Shown: positions 1 through 9,823, numbered from the stretch's first letter. The stretch: 63,252 nt of DNA from an uncultured virus (IMG/VR IMGVR_UViG_3300015607_003164) (IMGVR_UViG_3300015607_003164); one strand, 5' to 3'. The notes: generated by a model not told the origin, from the letters alone. Made by a program: numbers and translations.

Positions 1-44
1 CTAATGCGGTTAGTATAGACCATACAGTTAGATTACGGTAAATA

Positions 45-75
45 AAAAAGCCTCTTATTATTAAGAGGCTTTTTT
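45..75. terminator. Bidirectional intrinsic terminator
   Basis: AAAAAAGCCTCTTA-TTA-TTAAGAGGCTTTTTT hairpin with A/T tails. Confidence 0.8.
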
Positions 76-90
76 AATATTATAATACTA

Positions 91-210
91 TTATTCAAAA
101 GGAGTATCTGCGCTCCAAGTTGCTCTTTCTTGAGCTTGCTGTCTTTGAAGTTCAGCTTGACGTTGCGCCGCCATCTGTCTCATAATATCTTCTAATGATT
201 TACCTGCCAT
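91..210 (-). CDS. Short 39-aa protein (MAGKSLEDIMRQ...), possibly a deletion remnant
   Basis: Translated by hand; ATG at 210 with A-rich leader, ends just before the terminator. Confidence 0.5.
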   Translation of the reverse strand: MAGKSLEDIMRQMAAQRQAELQRQQAQERATWSADTPFE

Positions 211-281
211 AAATAATTTTTATTTTTATAATGTATATATAAAAACCTAAATTATAAAATTAAAAAAATAGTGATTTATTT

Positions 282-290
282 TAATATATA
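282..290 (+). promoter_or_regulatory. Putative late promoter TAATATATA (representative copy)
   Basis: Same motif precedes genes starting at 4809(-), 7421(-), 31484(-), 41964(-), 51602(-), 51667, 54366, 55843, 58929, 61317, 62047. Confidence 0.7.
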
Positions 291-313
291 GATTAATTAA
301 AAAAAGTAATAAT

Positions 314-970
314 ATGAAATACTTAAAAATATTTGAAACATTTGAATTAGGCACAGCATTTACTGAAGAGGAAAATTCTGATAAAATTGACGTTGAAGGA
401 ATTGAAGTCATTTTAATTAATCTTCCCAATTGGATTAAATCCAGCGATGTACTGTTATACACTGTTGAAATGTCTAAAGCTGGAGCTTTAACCATGTACC
501 CTATATGCTTTGATAATCTTAATAATGCTAAAAATTATATTAAATCATTTGTTGATAGTGATGAAAATTACAAAGATTCGAAATTTGTAATAAGAACATT
601 GTCTTTAAGTAAAGGTAATGTTTCAAATAATATTAATACTCAATTAGATACACCACCAAAGTGGGTTAAGAATCCAAGAGTGTGGGCTATGGATAAAATA
701 GTTGAGCTTTTTACACCAGAATCAAATATATATAAAGTAGCAACTACTTATGTAGAAAGTAAAATATTTGACTTCAAAGATTTAAAAAAGTTAGAATCAA
801 ATATAAGAGCTATTTATCAATCTTGTAAAGACAAGAAAGAATTAGATGTTAAAGACCATGTTAGGAGATTCAAATCAGAATTGGCTAAAACTAAGAATAA
901 AGACTTAGTTAATAATAAAGATAAATATACTCAGGTTTATAAATTTGAAAATCTATTAACCTACTTTTAA
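314..970 (+). CDS. Hypothetical protein with N-terminal MKYLKIFE tag
   Basis: 218-aa ORF, TAATATATA upstream. Confidence 0.85.
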   Translation: MKYLKIFETFELGTAFTEEENSDKIDVEGIEVILINLPNWIKSSDVLLYTVEMSKAGALTMYPICFDNLNNAKNYIKSFVDSDENYKDSKFVIRTLSLSKGNVSNNINTQLDTPPKWVKNPRVWAMDKIVELFTPESNIYKVATTYVESKIFDFKDLKKLESNIRAIYQSCKDKKELDVKDHVRRFKSELAKTKNKDLVNNKDKYTQVYKFENLLTYF

Positions 971-976
971 TAAATA

Positions 977-1008
977 TTTGGTGGTTTAATTCATTATCCT
1001 TATCTTTG
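977..1008 (+). promoter_or_regulatory. Bacteroidota sigma-A type promoter (TTTG-N20-TATCTTTG)
   Basis: Matches the -33/-7 consensus; other -7 boxes at 1250, 2551, 7893, 8577, 9223, 10325, 11590, 12955, 17530, 21169, 22966, 24135, 33366, 36676, 39499. Confidence 0.8.
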
Positions 1009-1026
1009 TCTAACAAAACCACTACA

Positions 1027-1206
1027 ATGTCTATATTACTTTTCTTAATCGTTATTGCCTTAGTTTGGAAGTTTGCTCCTTCTATCTTTGAATTCATACT
1101 TGGTATGTTTATCATCCAGCTTATCTGGCAAGTTATTAAACTTATCTTAAAATTTGGTTTAGTTGCCTTACTATTATTAGTAGTATTTCATTTCCTTTTA
1201 AGATAA
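1027..1206 (+). CDS. Small membrane protein
   Basis: Almost wholly hydrophobic ORF; ATG at 1027 after promoter. Confidence 0.75.
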   Translation: MSILLFLIVIALVWKFAPSIFEFILGMFIIQLIWQVIKLILKFGLVALLLLVVFHFLLR

Positions 1207-1233
1207 TACAAAATTCTGCTGCAGATTTCTGTA
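1207..1233. repeat. 27-bp TACA-N19-TGTA element, copy 1 (divergent)
   Basis: TACAAAATTCTGCTGCAGATTTCTGTA. Confidence 0.6.
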
Positions 1234-1273
1234 TATTTAAAATAAATCGTATATTTGTTTTATAGATAAAATC

Positions 1274-1624
1274 ATGAAATACATCATAACATTAATATTA
1301 GCCTTATTCACCTTAACGGCTTTTGCTGGTGGTCGAGACTCATTAGGAGTATTCCCACCAACCTTAAACACTGAATCACAAACTATTAACCTAAGACTTA
1401 ATAAACCATCTGAAGCCAGAACAAATGGATTTCTAATGGTTGCTGGTGGTCTTATGTTTTCCACAATTGGTGTTTGTCTTGAGAATAAACGTAAAGTAGA
1501 TAACATACCAGATGGTCACTTTGGTTATAGTAAAAGAAACCATATAGCATTTAACTATTCTGTTTTATCAATTGGTGTCACCTTATCTATAACAGGTGGT
1601 GCTATTATCTACCGATTAAAATAA
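1274..1624 (+). CDS. Membrane protein with signal peptide
   Basis: N-terminal signal-like segment and two hydrophobic helices. Confidence 0.8.
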   Translation: MKYIITLILALFTLTAFAGGRDSLGVFPPTLNTESQTINLRLNKPSEARTNGFLMVAGGLMFSTIGVCLENKRKVDNIPDGHFGYSKRNHIAFNYSVLSIGVTLSITGGAIIYRLK

Positions 1625-1629
1625 ATATT

Positions 1630-1932
1630 ATGAAAGACAAAGCTGAATTCTTAATCAAAGCCTTTACTAAAGCTTATAAAGAAAACCCAGATTCTTTTGG
1701 TACTCCTGTATTCGAATTCTCAGAAGATATTCGTGATGCTAAACCTGGTACCGTAGTTACTCAATATGGTGACTTCTTTTTTATTATGCCTTCTCGAATT
1801 AGTAATTTAGAACTACCTATCTTACAGGTTCTTTTAAGTCGTCCTTTTAATGGCACACTTTATCAATCTAACTATGACCATCAGTTACAGATTCGTGTAA
1901 GTGGATATGATGTTGAAAAATTAATGAAATAA
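1630..1932 (+). CDS. Hypothetical protein
   Basis: ORF in tight + operon. Confidence 0.8.
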   Translation: MKDKAEFLIKAFTKAYKENPDSFGTPVFEFSEDIRDAKPGTVVTQYGDFFFIMPSRISNLELPILQVLLSRPFNGTLYQSNYDHQLQIRVSGYDVEKLMK

Positions 1933-1935
1933 TAT

Positions 1936-2181
1936 ATGGAAGCAATTGCAAATTTTGGTTGGTTATTATTATTAACCTTTATGTTAGTTATGTCTATTAC
2001 CGTAATAGTCAGAACAATTAAAACAGAACGTAAGCGTAAAGCATTCACACCAACTATGAAACCAGGTGATAAGGTAGTCGTACCTGTTATGGATAGATAC
2101 ATTGGTGAAGTGTTAGAAGTTGGTGATGATGAGGTTAAGATCATAGTAACAGCACCTAAGAGTAGAGTTTATCCTAATTAA
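1936..2181 (+). CDS. Membrane-anchored small protein, YajC-like layout
   Basis: TM helix then MKPGDKVVV...IGEVLEV. Confidence 0.6.
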   Translation: MEAIANFGWLLLLTFMLVMSITVIVRTIKTERKRKAFTPTMKPGDKVVVPVMDRYIGEVLEVGDDEVKIIVTAPKSRVYPN

Positions 2182-2189
2182 AAAAATAT

Positions 2190-2408
2190 ATGATGAAATA
2201 CTTAGTAGTAAAAGTTAAGAACGAAGAATTATTCTTTAATGCTGATGAAGGCATGGGTGAGTTTGTATGTAACACTCCAATGCTATTGGATAAAGAACAA
2301 GCAGACTCTATTATGAAATATTGTGATTTAATTTATCACTTTGATGAAGATAGAACTTTCTCAAAGCAAGATCTTGAAGTTCGTGAAGTAGAATTAAACC
2401 TTATTTAA
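2190..2408 (+). CDS. Hypothetical protein
   Basis: ORF in operon. Confidence 0.75.
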   Translation: MMKYLVVKVKNEELFFNADEGMGEFVCNTPMLLDKEQADSIMKYCDLIYHFDEDRTFSKQDLEVREVELNLI

Positions 2409-2409
2409 T

Positions 2410-2541
2410 ATGTCAGAAAAATTTAAAGAAATAGGTCTAAATATATTTAGACTTGCCTTAGTAGCCGGTATTGTTTATCTTGCATCCGTAGATAAAGACG
2501 GATGGGGTTGGTTAGTCTTTATACTTCTTTGTACTTTATAA
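2410..2541 (+). CDS. 43-aa membrane peptide (not in ORF track)
   Basis: MSEKFKEIGLNIFRLALVAGIVYLASVDKDGWGWLVFILLCTL; fills the gap exactly. Confidence 0.7.
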   Translation: MSEKFKEIGLNIFRLALVAGIVYLASVDKDGWGWLVFILLCTL

Positions 2542-2562
2542 AAAAGTTCGTATATTTGTTAT

Positions 2563-2814
2563 ATGCTAACAGAACAATCATTTCGTAACTATATTGAAAA
2601 GTTAGGTCATAAACCTGCTTCAACTCCTATGTGTGTTGAAAAGATAAACAAGTTAGCAAAGACAGGTCAATTAAACTTTGACTTTTATGTTAATCCTCAT
2701 AACCTATGTTGGTTTGCCGATGATAACTGGAAGCAGTATAATACAAGATTAACAAATGAGATATTCACTCTTAATATAAGAGATTTCAAATTAGCAGAGT
2801 TAAACATTATCTAA
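2563..2814 (+). CDS. Hypothetical protein, C-terminal tag RDFKLAELNII
   Basis: ORF after TATATTTG. Confidence 0.8.
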   Translation: MLTEQSFRNYIEKLGHKPASTPMCVEKINKLAKTGQLNFDFYVNPHNLCWFADDNWKQYNTRLTNEIFTLNIRDFKLAELNII

Positions 2815-3041
2815 TGTCAATTACTAAAAGTAAGTGGGTTTGTGTTGCTTGTAAGGTTCCAGGATCTGCTCAGTATCAAACTATTGGTAAAACCTATGAT
2901 GTTTCTGTTGAAGTATTATATGGTGAAGAAACTGCTTCTTTTACAGGTGATGATGGTCATGAATATTTATTCTTTAGAGCTGATGAAGACTTTATACCAT
3001 TAGAAGAATGGCGTGATAAACAATTAAATAAAATACTATGA
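2814..3041 (+). CDS. Small beta-rich family protein, C-terminal tag RDKQLNKIL
   Basis: CV..TIGKTY..DDG motif shared with neighbours. Confidence 0.8.
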   Translation: MSITKSKWVCVACKVPGSAQYQTIGKTYDVSVEVLYGEETASFTGDDGHEYLFFRADEDFIPLEEWRDKQLNKIL

Positions 3042-3346
3042 AATATAAATCATTTGCACCCAAGGTTGATGAAAAACGTAGATTAGTATTAACTCGTTTT
3101 TATGTTGGTGTTAAAGACTCAAATAACTTTTGTTATAAAGTAGAACGTATTACTAAAAAAGGTACTGTTGATAAACGATTCAAATCTTTATTTGCTTTTG
3201 GTACAGATGACTTTTCTTCTGTGAAAGAATTCAAACATAGTCTTACTGGTGAAAAGGTTAAAGTATTTAAAAAGCCATTCAAATCTGTGTTTGGTGTTAA
3301 AGAAGCAAAAGCTGAAACTGTTTGGAGGGCAAACTTAAAACTATGA
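3038..3346 (+). CDS. Basic hypothetical protein
   Basis: ATGA overlap with both neighbours. Confidence 0.8.
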   Translation: MKYKSFAPKVDEKRRLVLTRFYVGVKDSNNFCYKVERITKKGTVDKRFKSLFAFGTDDFSSVKEFKHSLTGEKVKVFKKPFKSVFGVKEAKAETVWRANLKL

Positions 3347-3570
3347 AATTAGTAGCCATTCAACCAATTAGTTATGTGTTCCATGTGTTACAAATGGGTA
3401 AGATATATGAAGGTGAATTAACACCTACTATATATGATCCTCAAACACTTAAACCAGCGGAACCTTCTTATATCATTAAATGTGATGATGGTAAATATCG
3501 TAAGTTTATGGCTAAACACTTTATCACTTTAGAAGAATGGCGTGAAAGACAATTAGATAAGATATTATGA
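3343..3570 (+). CDS. Small beta-rich family protein, C-terminal tag RERQLDKIL
   Basis: ATG at 3343 overlaps the upstream stop. Confidence 0.8.
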   Translation: MKLVAIQPISYVFHVLQMGKIYEGELTPTIYDPQTLKPAEPSYIIKCDDGKYRKFMAKHFITLEEWRERQLDKIL

Positions 3571-3779
3571 AAATGATATGTGTAAATAATATCTACCACG
3601 AAACGGAATTAACTATTGGTAAGATATATGATTTTCAGAAAATGACCGATGGTGACGATAGTGCTTATCTTATCACCAATGATTTAGGTGAACCTTGGGT
3701 ATTTACAAGTATTGCTGATAGAAGCCGTTTTCAAACATTGGAATATTGGAGAGAAAAACAATTAAATAAGATATTATGA
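3567..3779 (+). CDS. Small beta-rich family protein, C-terminal tag REKQLNKIL
   Basis: MKMICV..LTIGKIY..NDLG. Confidence 0.8.
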   Translation: MKMICVNNIYHETELTIGKIYDFQKMTDGDDSAYLITNDLGEPWVFTSIADRSRFQTLEYWREKQLNKIL

Positions 3780-3988
3780 AAGTAGTTTGTATTAAACATT
3801 TTAAGTCTCAAGGTTTTCAATATGAACTTACATATGGTAAAGTATATGAATCATTGTCTAAACCTGATTGGGCAGATAGTGAATCATATTTTATTGAATG
3901 TGATAGAGGGTTTATCAGTGTTTATAATAAAAATTCATTTATCACTTTAGAAGAATGGCGTGAAAGGCAATTAGATACGATATTATGA
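3776..3988 (+). CDS. Small beta-rich family protein, C-terminal tag RERQLDTIL
   Basis: MKVVCI..LTYGKVY..CDRG. Confidence 0.8.
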   Translation: MKVVCIKHFKSQGFQYELTYGKVYESLSKPDWADSESYFIECDRGFISVYNKNSFITLEEWRERQLDTIL

Positions 3989-4314
3989 AATTGATACTTG
4001 ACCTAACTAAAGAAGATAATGATATAATTATTAATCACCTTTATAAATATAATAAAGGTGTAGAAACTCACATGAAAATGGCAATGGATTCCTATGTTGA
4101 TGCTTTAGAGTTTGTAGAAGATGATATTATATTTCATAATACAAGAATTAATCCTATTTTAGGTGATGGTATCACAGAAGATAATGTTGGTAAGAGTAAT
4201 GGTGAAATAGGTGCTAAAACATCAATAAAGCTTTCCCAATTTGAAAAACCGTATAATGATATTTTTTATGCTGCTGTTAGAGAAATTAAACTAAGCAGAC
4301 TTATAGAAACTTAG
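3985..4314 (+). CDS. Hypothetical protein, C-terminal tag REIKLSRLI
   Basis: Last gene of + operon. Confidence 0.8.
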   Translation: MKLILDLTKEDNDIIINHLYKYNKGVETHMKMAMDSYVDALEFVEDDIIFHNTRINPILGDGITEDNVGKSNGEIGAKTSIKLSQFEKPYNDIFYAAVREIKLSRLIET

Positions 4315-4809
4315 TGACATAAACTGAAGGTGATAGTTCTCTTTAATAGCCCAAAATAAATTACCCTTAGTTATTGGATGTTCTGGTCTTTGAAAATCAT
4401 CTTGATGTCCTTCGTGACCACACTTATCACATTTCCAACTTTGCATTGAATGTAAATCATCTGGTGGTGTTATACTTTCACTATCACATTCTGGACAAGC
4501 TTCATGATATTCCCAATTACTATTTTCAAAATAAGAGTTTTTACCTAAACTAAATCCTTCTGATTCTAAATAAGAGAAAAGGTGTTCAAATATTAAATCC
4601 ATATCTTTAAGTTTGAATGTTTCCCACTGGTCACCTAATTCAACTTTTACTACATCTACAAAGGTTTCTTCATTTAGAATCTTAGCACCTTTATAACCAT
4701 ATACTCTGTACTTAATATCTTTATCAGATACTTCAAGTAAGATGTCTTTACACTCACTTATTATATTATCAATATTACTTGATTCATTAAATCGTTTTAA
4801 GTATTTCAT
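4291..4809 (-). CDS. N-tagged protein of the DILLE family with Zn ribbon
   Basis: MKYLKRFNES; CPEC...CDKC. Confidence 0.85.
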   Translation of the reverse strand: MKYLKRFNESSNIDNIISECKDILLEVSDKDIKYRVYGYKGAKILNEETFVDVVKVELGDQWETFKLKDMDLIFEHLFSYLESEGFSLGKNSYFENSNWEYHEACPECDSESITPPDDLHSMQSWKCDKCGHEGHQDDFQRPEHPITKGNLFWAIKENYHLQFMSLSFYKSA

Positions 4810-4824
4810 ATTGTATATATTAAA

Positions 4825-5214
4825 TTACCAAGTAAGACCAAATCCTCGCCAGATGTTAAGATTGATATGATATAATTCTTCACCTTTGAACTCTTCTATA
4901 AATTCATCCATTGGACAATAATCATCTGAGTTAGGTATTCCTATATCAATAGAAAAATTAGTCATCTTTAAATATTCTTTTAATCTTAAAAGAACATCCA
5001 TTATTTCTTCTAATCTAAAGAATCTGTTTTTACCATCTTTTATACTAACTTGAAAACAATTATAAGGATTTATACCATCTTTATAATATTTAACATCTTT
5101 AATAGAATATTCGATTCCATAGTCTGGTAATTCAAGTAGTATATCTTGAATATCCAATCTAACCTCAGCATCTCTAACTATCTTAGACTCATTAAATCGT
5201 TTTAAGTATTTCAT
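4825..5214 (-). CDS. N-tagged protein of the DILLE family
   Basis: MKYLKRFNES; DIQDILLELPDYG. Confidence 0.85.
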   Translation of the reverse strand: MKYLKRFNESKIVRDAEVRLDIQDILLELPDYGIEYSIKDVKYYKDGINPYNCFQVSIKDGKNRFFRLEEIMDVLLRLKEYLKMTNFSIDIGIPNSDDYCPMDEFIEEFKGEELYHINLNIWRGFGLTW

Positions 5215-5696
5215 CTTCTTTTTCTTATTATTAATCTTAATCTAACCATTTCAATATCAAATAATGGCTCAGGTCCTCTTTCTTGAAAGTTAATTCTTGG
5301 ATCTAAGTTAGCAATATAAGCCATATCTTTAGCTACATAATTTCCTGACTTATTTAAAACAAGACCATCAACATCCCATATTTGATAACCATGCTCTTTA
5401 AGATAACCACTACACATAACAATACTATCTAAAACATCTCTTAATACAAATTGAGGCCCATAGTTACCACGTTCATATTCGGTTAGCAAATGTTCTACAT
5501 CCTCACCCCATTGTTTTTTAATCATTACATTATAGGAAAAGACTTTATCTCTTGAAGCAGAAGAATAATTAGGTTCAACTGTAACATCAAATCCTTCATC
5601 CTGTAACTCTAAGAATAATTCTTTAATTACTTCTTGTATCTCAGAATCTTCTGATTCTGATTCAAATAGTTTAGTATAGGTTTTTATATGTTTCAT
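5211..5696 (-). CDS. N-tagged protein of the DILLE family
   Basis: MKHIKTYTKLFES; ELFLELQDEG. Confidence 0.85.
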   Translation of the reverse strand: MKHIKTYTKLFESESEDSEIQEVIKELFLELQDEGFDVTVEPNYSSASRDKVFSYNVMIKKQWGEDVEHLLTEYERGNYGPQFVLRDVLDSIVMCSGYLKEHGYQIWDVDGLVLNKSGNYVAKDMAYIANLDPRINFQERGPEPLFDIEMVRLRLIIRKRR

Positions 5697-6348
5697 AATC
5701 TAAATTAATATATTCTTCTATTGATTGTCTTGTGACATCATCTTTTATTCGTTTAACAGGTGGTGGTAACTTTCTCAAAAATCTAATAAAGCTTTCATCT
5801 CCTATTATCTTGGCTTTATTATATAACATATCTATATCTTTTTGAGATAACTTATCATATCTTATTCTATTTTTTATATCAGCTATTTTATTTCTTTTTT
5901 CAATTTTTATATTAGTCTCTATTTCAGCTTGTTTAAATATCTCTCTAGACTCTTCTGGTGTAATATCATAATCTTTAAGTGATATAAAAGGTGTAAGACC
6001 TTCAAATTTATTTTGCCATTCATCTATAAATACCAGTATTGTGGTACATAGTGTATCATAATCGTCTTTAATCATATCACTACATTTCCAATCTACCTTA
6101 TTACTTTCTAATCTTTCTAAACATTCTTTTCTTAAATTATCTATAGAAAATATATCTTTACTTAACTTAGGATCACCATCTAAATTAAAAGTTATGAAAG
6201 TACCAATACCTGGTTTATCTATTTGTAGAAACGCATCTTCATAGCTATAGGTTAAATCAAAGTCAATATGTTTTAACTCTTCAGTTAAAGCATCAATGAA
6301 GTTATTTATATTGCTTTCAAATAGTCTATATGTCTTTAAGTATCTCAT
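5671..6348 (-). CDS. N-tagged hypothetical protein
   Basis: MRYLKTYRLFES. Confidence 0.85.
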   Translation of the reverse strand: MRYLKTYRLFESNINNFIDALTEELKHIDFDLTYSYEDAFLQIDKPGIGTFITFNLDGDPKLSKDIFSIDNLRKECLERLESNKVDWKCSDMIKDDYDTLCTTILVFIDEWQNKFEGLTPFISLKDYDITPEESREIFKQAEIETNIKIEKRNKIADIKNRIRYDKLSQKDIDMLYNKAKIIGDESFIRFLRKLPPPVKRIKDDVTRQSIEEYINLDYETYKNLY

Positions 6349-6352
6349 AATA

Positions 6353-6844
6353 TTATTTTCCTAATCCTATATAAACGCAAAGTATTTTTACATCATCTGA
6401 AATTGGTGTAATCTTTTGATTAGTTTTAATCAAACTATAGTATGAATTTACAATTTGATCATCTTTAATTGCTACTGGTGTTCTGTATGTACCATCATTA
6501 AATTGTCTTGTATCAGGACATTGTAAATTTTCAGTAGTAACAATTTCAAAATTATAATCATACCATCTTTCACTATTAGCATATGACAATACTCTTATTA
6601 GATAATCTTTAATATCACCAAATCTAAAAGGTGTAAGTTCGCCTATATTTCTTTCTGTCCAGAAATCAAAGTTACCACCATCTTTAGATATAACTATATC
6701 TACACATTTACTATAAGCATGATGGTCACCTTCTTTAATTCTTACATTAAAGTTCTCATCAGATAATTCTAATAAGATATCTTTAAAGTCATTGATTATA
6801 GTATCAATGCTTTCAAATATATGATATGTCTTTAAGTATTTCAT
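6353..6844 (-). CDS. N-tagged protein of the DILLE family
   Basis: Start moved to MKYLKTYHIFES; DFKDILLELSDE. Confidence 0.85.
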   Translation of the reverse strand: MKYLKTYHIFESIDTIINDFKDILLELSDENFNVRIKEGDHHAYSKCVDIVISKDGGNFDFWTERNIGELTPFRFGDIKDYLIRVLSYANSERWYDYNFEIVTTENLQCPDTRQFNDGTYRTPVAIKDDQIVNSYYSLIKTNQKITPISDDVKILCVYIGLGK

Positions 6845-6845
6845 A

Positions 6846-7421
6846 TTAACTAAATCCATTAGATGATTTTATCTTTACAGTAATATTTCTCGGTATTTCA
6901 GGTAACTTAAAAATTTCGTTATTGAATTGAATGATTTGAGGTACATGAGTTCTTTTGATTGTTTTATTAATCATAGACATAAAGTCAGACCATTCTTTAT
7001 CACTAGAACTACCTTCATCATTACCCCAACCAATAAAGAATGATACTTCACAATCATATATTTTTAATTTATATTTACAATCTAATAATAATTCATTAAC
7101 TTCTTCATCTGATATCTCGCTTGGGTTATAAGTAAAATTAAAAGCAATGGTGTTAGCTCTAACCTTAAAATTCTTATTTCTATAAAGTTCATCATTCATT
7201 ATCGCATCATGTTCATCATCTAAACTAACTAAGCTTCTTTTAAATACAACATTATCACTAGCAAATATGCCATTTACTCTTACACCATTCAATTGATTTT
7301 TTATTCTATGTTCATCAGTTAAATCATATAAGCAATCCATAATATCATTAAAAGAAACTTTAATAGTTTTTTTCTTCTTAAAGAAATCAAAGAAACCCTC
7401 GTATGTTTTAATATTTTTCAT
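6846..7421 (-). CDS. N-tagged hypothetical protein
   Basis: MKNIKTYEGFF; TAATATATA at 7426-7434(-). Confidence 0.85.
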   Translation of the reverse strand: MKNIKTYEGFFDFFKKKKTIKVSFNDIMDCLYDLTDEHRIKNQLNGVRVNGIFASDNVVFKRSLVSLDDEHDAIMNDELYRNKNFKVRANTIAFNFTYNPSEISDEEVNELLLDCKYKLKIYDCEVSFFIGWGNDEGSSSDKEWSDFMSMINKTIKRTHVPQIIQFNNEIFKLPEIPRNITVKIKSSNGFS

Positions 7422-7469
7422 ACCTTATATATTAAATAAACATAATTAAAAGTAATATCTATAATTAAT

Positions 7470-7841
7470 ATGAAGGAAATACTTGATGAATTAAAGTCGT
7501 GTCTTTATGCAATGACTTATGGCACCGGTGGTATGGGTGCTAATAAAGATTTTGAAACTTGGTTATTACAAAGTAACTGTAGTAAAATAGGTCCTTATCT
7601 GAAAGAAGATAGATTTATTAATATGCGTCAAGAAGTTGTTTATACTTCACTTGAGGAAATATTTGATGTGCTTATGAAATACCCACAAGCTGATTACTTT
7701 TGGTATAGTTATAATGGTGGTCAATTAACTTGGGTAGAACCACATCAAGATGAGGTGCCTTCTGATTCGTTAAGAGTAGATAAAGAAAAGATTACAGTGT
7801 TTTTAAGGAATGTTAAGTTAAATTATTTACTTAGGGTATAA
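7470..7841 (+). CDS. Hypothetical protein, C-terminal tag RNVKLNYLL
   Basis: ORF after AAAC-N18-TATAA. Confidence 0.8.
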   Translation: MKEILDELKSCLYAMTYGTGGMGANKDFETWLLQSNCSKIGPYLKEDRFINMRQEVVYTSLEEIFDVLMKYPQADYFWYSYNGGQLTWVEPHQDEVPSDSLRVDKEKITVFLRNVKLNYLLRV

Positions 7842-7935
7842 TTACCCTAAAGAATTAGAACAAGTTCTAGTACCTGTTTCGTTTAATTGATATATATTTG
7901 CTTTATAAAAAAATTATAAATCAAATCTTATAAAA

Positions 7936-8109
7936 ATGAAAGTTATCTTAATTAGTGATGAAAAGGGATTAGAAGTTGGTCAAACTTACAAGATAAAAGA
8001 AGTACGCCGATCTGCAACAGCCTTTATGTATCGAGTTCAATTACCTGATGGTGGTTATAAATGGATTGAATCTAAAAAGTTCAAATATCCTATGAAATGG
8101 TTAAAATAA
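7936..8109 (+). CDS. 57-aa small beta-rich family protein (not in ORF track)
   Basis: MKVILISDEKGLEVGQTYKIKE...; TATATTTG at 7893. Confidence 0.7.
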   Translation: MKVILISDEKGLEVGQTYKIKEVRRSATAFMYRVQLPDGGYKWIESKKFKYPMKWLK

Positions 8110-8123
8110 AAATAGACTCTATC

Positions 8124-8537
8124 TTAATTAAGATTTCTATATAATTTCATTTCAATTGTAAATACTTTACCAGATTTCAAAGCTTCTATATCTTTAAGTG
8201 TATAGACTATTTTCATATTATCTATATTAATCTTTATATCACTATAATCAGCATCATCACACTTAAAGCCTTCACTTCTTGCATATGAAAGTAATTGATG
8301 TAAAGTATCTACAATATCTATATTTACTTCAGCCGACGCAGTAACTGAACGGTGTGTAACATCAATCTTAATTACTTCTCTTTTAACTTCTCTTTTACCT
8401 TGTATTGATGGGAAATGTTTAGAGCTGACTTGAACAGTATAACCTAAGTCCTCAATAGGAAGTAAGATATCTTTAATATCTTTAACAACACTATTTAGAT
8501 TAGATTCAAATAACTTAAAACTTAAAAGATTTTTCAT
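8124..8537 (-). CDS. N-tagged protein of the DILLE family
   Basis: MKNLLSFKLFES; DIKDILLPIEDLG. Confidence 0.85.
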   Translation of the reverse strand: MKNLLSFKLFESNLNSVVKDIKDILLPIEDLGYTVQVSSKHFPSIQGKREVKREVIKIDVTHRSVTASAEVNIDIVDTLHQLLSYARSEGFKCDDADYSDIKINIDNMKIVYTLKDIEALKSGKVFTIEMKLYRNLN

Positions 8538-8589
8538 TACTGTATATATTTATTTGGTTATTTCAATAATCATCCTTATCTTTGTATTG

Positions 8590-8684
8590 TCAGAAAAGAT
8601 AAACAGGTTGCCGACTGGATATCGAAGTACGAAGGGCGGGGGTAAGACCACGAAGTAACTCAAGGGCAGGCTGATCTTTTTTTT
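8590..8684 (+). ncRNA. Candidate small structured RNA
   Basis: G-rich noncoding island after a full promoter (8553-8584); ends pair with each other; T-run at 3' end. Confidence 0.4.
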
Positions 8685-8703
8685 ATAAAAAGACCTGGCT
8701 AAA

Positions 8704-9150
8704 TCACTTCTTCAAGTGAGCTAACTTCTTATGTAAGCAAATAATATCTTCTATAGATAAGTTATTCTTCTTGCCGTTGATATCAACTGTACAAGCCACT
8801 ACATTACCTATAACATATCCTTTATCATTATCTACTCTATCAAATGATCTGGCATAAGGACCTTCTTCTGTAAATTCTACATTAGTGTAATAACAAGTGT
8901 TATATTCTAAAAGTTTTTTAACATATTCAAATGTTAAATTAAATTCTAAGTTTCTACTTTGTGCTGATGAATGAATATTAACTAACTTCTTAGCAACCTC
9001 TACATCCGATATCGTAGATTTAGTTTCTTTCCTAACAGGTTCCTTTTTAGGTTCCTGCTTAACAGGCTCTTGTTTAGTTGGCTCTTGTTTAACAGGTTCT
9101 TGCGACTGCTGCACTTCACCATTATCTGTTACAGATTCTTTCTTCTTCAT
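8704..9150 (-). CDS. His-Me finger-like protein with QEP low-complexity repeats
   Basis: CYYT...SFDRVDNDKGYVIGNVVAC...N; KQEP repeats at the N-terminus. Confidence 0.6.
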   Translation of the reverse strand: MKKKESVTDNGEVQQSQEPVKQEPTKQEPVKQEPKKEPVRKETKSTISDVEVAKKLVNIHSSAQSRNLEFNLTFEYVKKLLEYNTCYYTNVEFTEEGPYARSFDRVDNDKGYVIGNVVACTVDINGKKNNLSIEDIICLHKKLAHLKK

Positions 9151-9246
9151 TAATACTTGTATTATTATTTTAATTATAAGTTTATTTCAACTTTCTTGTT
9201 TGTATATATCCCAGCTTTTTATTATCTTTGTAATTAAATTTTTCTT

Positions 9247-9450
9247 ATGATAGATTGTAAATCAAACAAATACCTTAAAGTAGGTCAAAAGATTTCTATA
9301 ATCTTAGGTGGTGGTAAATTAGTAGATGGCACCATCAAAGATAAAACACTTATGGATAAAGGTGATATCAGTTTCTTAATTGAAGCAGAGAATGGTGGTT
9401 TATGTAGAATCAAACATCGACACTTAGACATATACCATATATACAAATAA
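9247..9450 (+). CDS. Hypothetical protein
   Basis: ORF after promoter 9199-9230. Confidence 0.75.
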   Translation: MIDCKSNKYLKVGQKISIILGGGKLVDGTIKDKTLMDKGDISFLIEAENGGLCRIKHRHLDIYHIYK

Positions 9451-9460
9451 AAATACTTAT

Positions 9461-9823
9461 ATGAAATACAAATACTTTAGTGCCGACTTATTACTTGCTG
9501 CTTTAATTATAATCTTTATTGGCTTATTCTTTATTAGACCAGTAACTAAAGCAGAAGAACCAGCTCAATACACAATTGAGTATGTTAATCCACTAAACAA
9601 CGTTCAGAAAACTGAGATTGTTAGATCAATGATTAACCAGTTTAGTCCGGTTTGCCGACCTAATAGAATCACGGTTGGTGTGTTAGTTAGTGTTGAAACT
9701 GATGGTGCTTGTTTATCTGGTCAAGACCTTAAAAATATTAGTGATAGAACCTTAAATAGAATACACCAACCAGATGAGGTTAAAGTAATTAAATTAAACG
9801 GTAAGCAAATCTATCCTAATTAA
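9461..9823 (+). CDS. Membrane-anchored hypothetical protein
   Basis: N-terminal TM helix. Confidence 0.8.
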   Translation: MKYKYFSADLLLAALIIIFIGLFFIRPVTKAEEPAQYTIEYVNPLNNVQKTEIVRSMINQFSPVCRPNRITVGVLVSVETDGACLSGQDLKNISDRTLNRIHQPDEVKVIKLNGKQIYPN

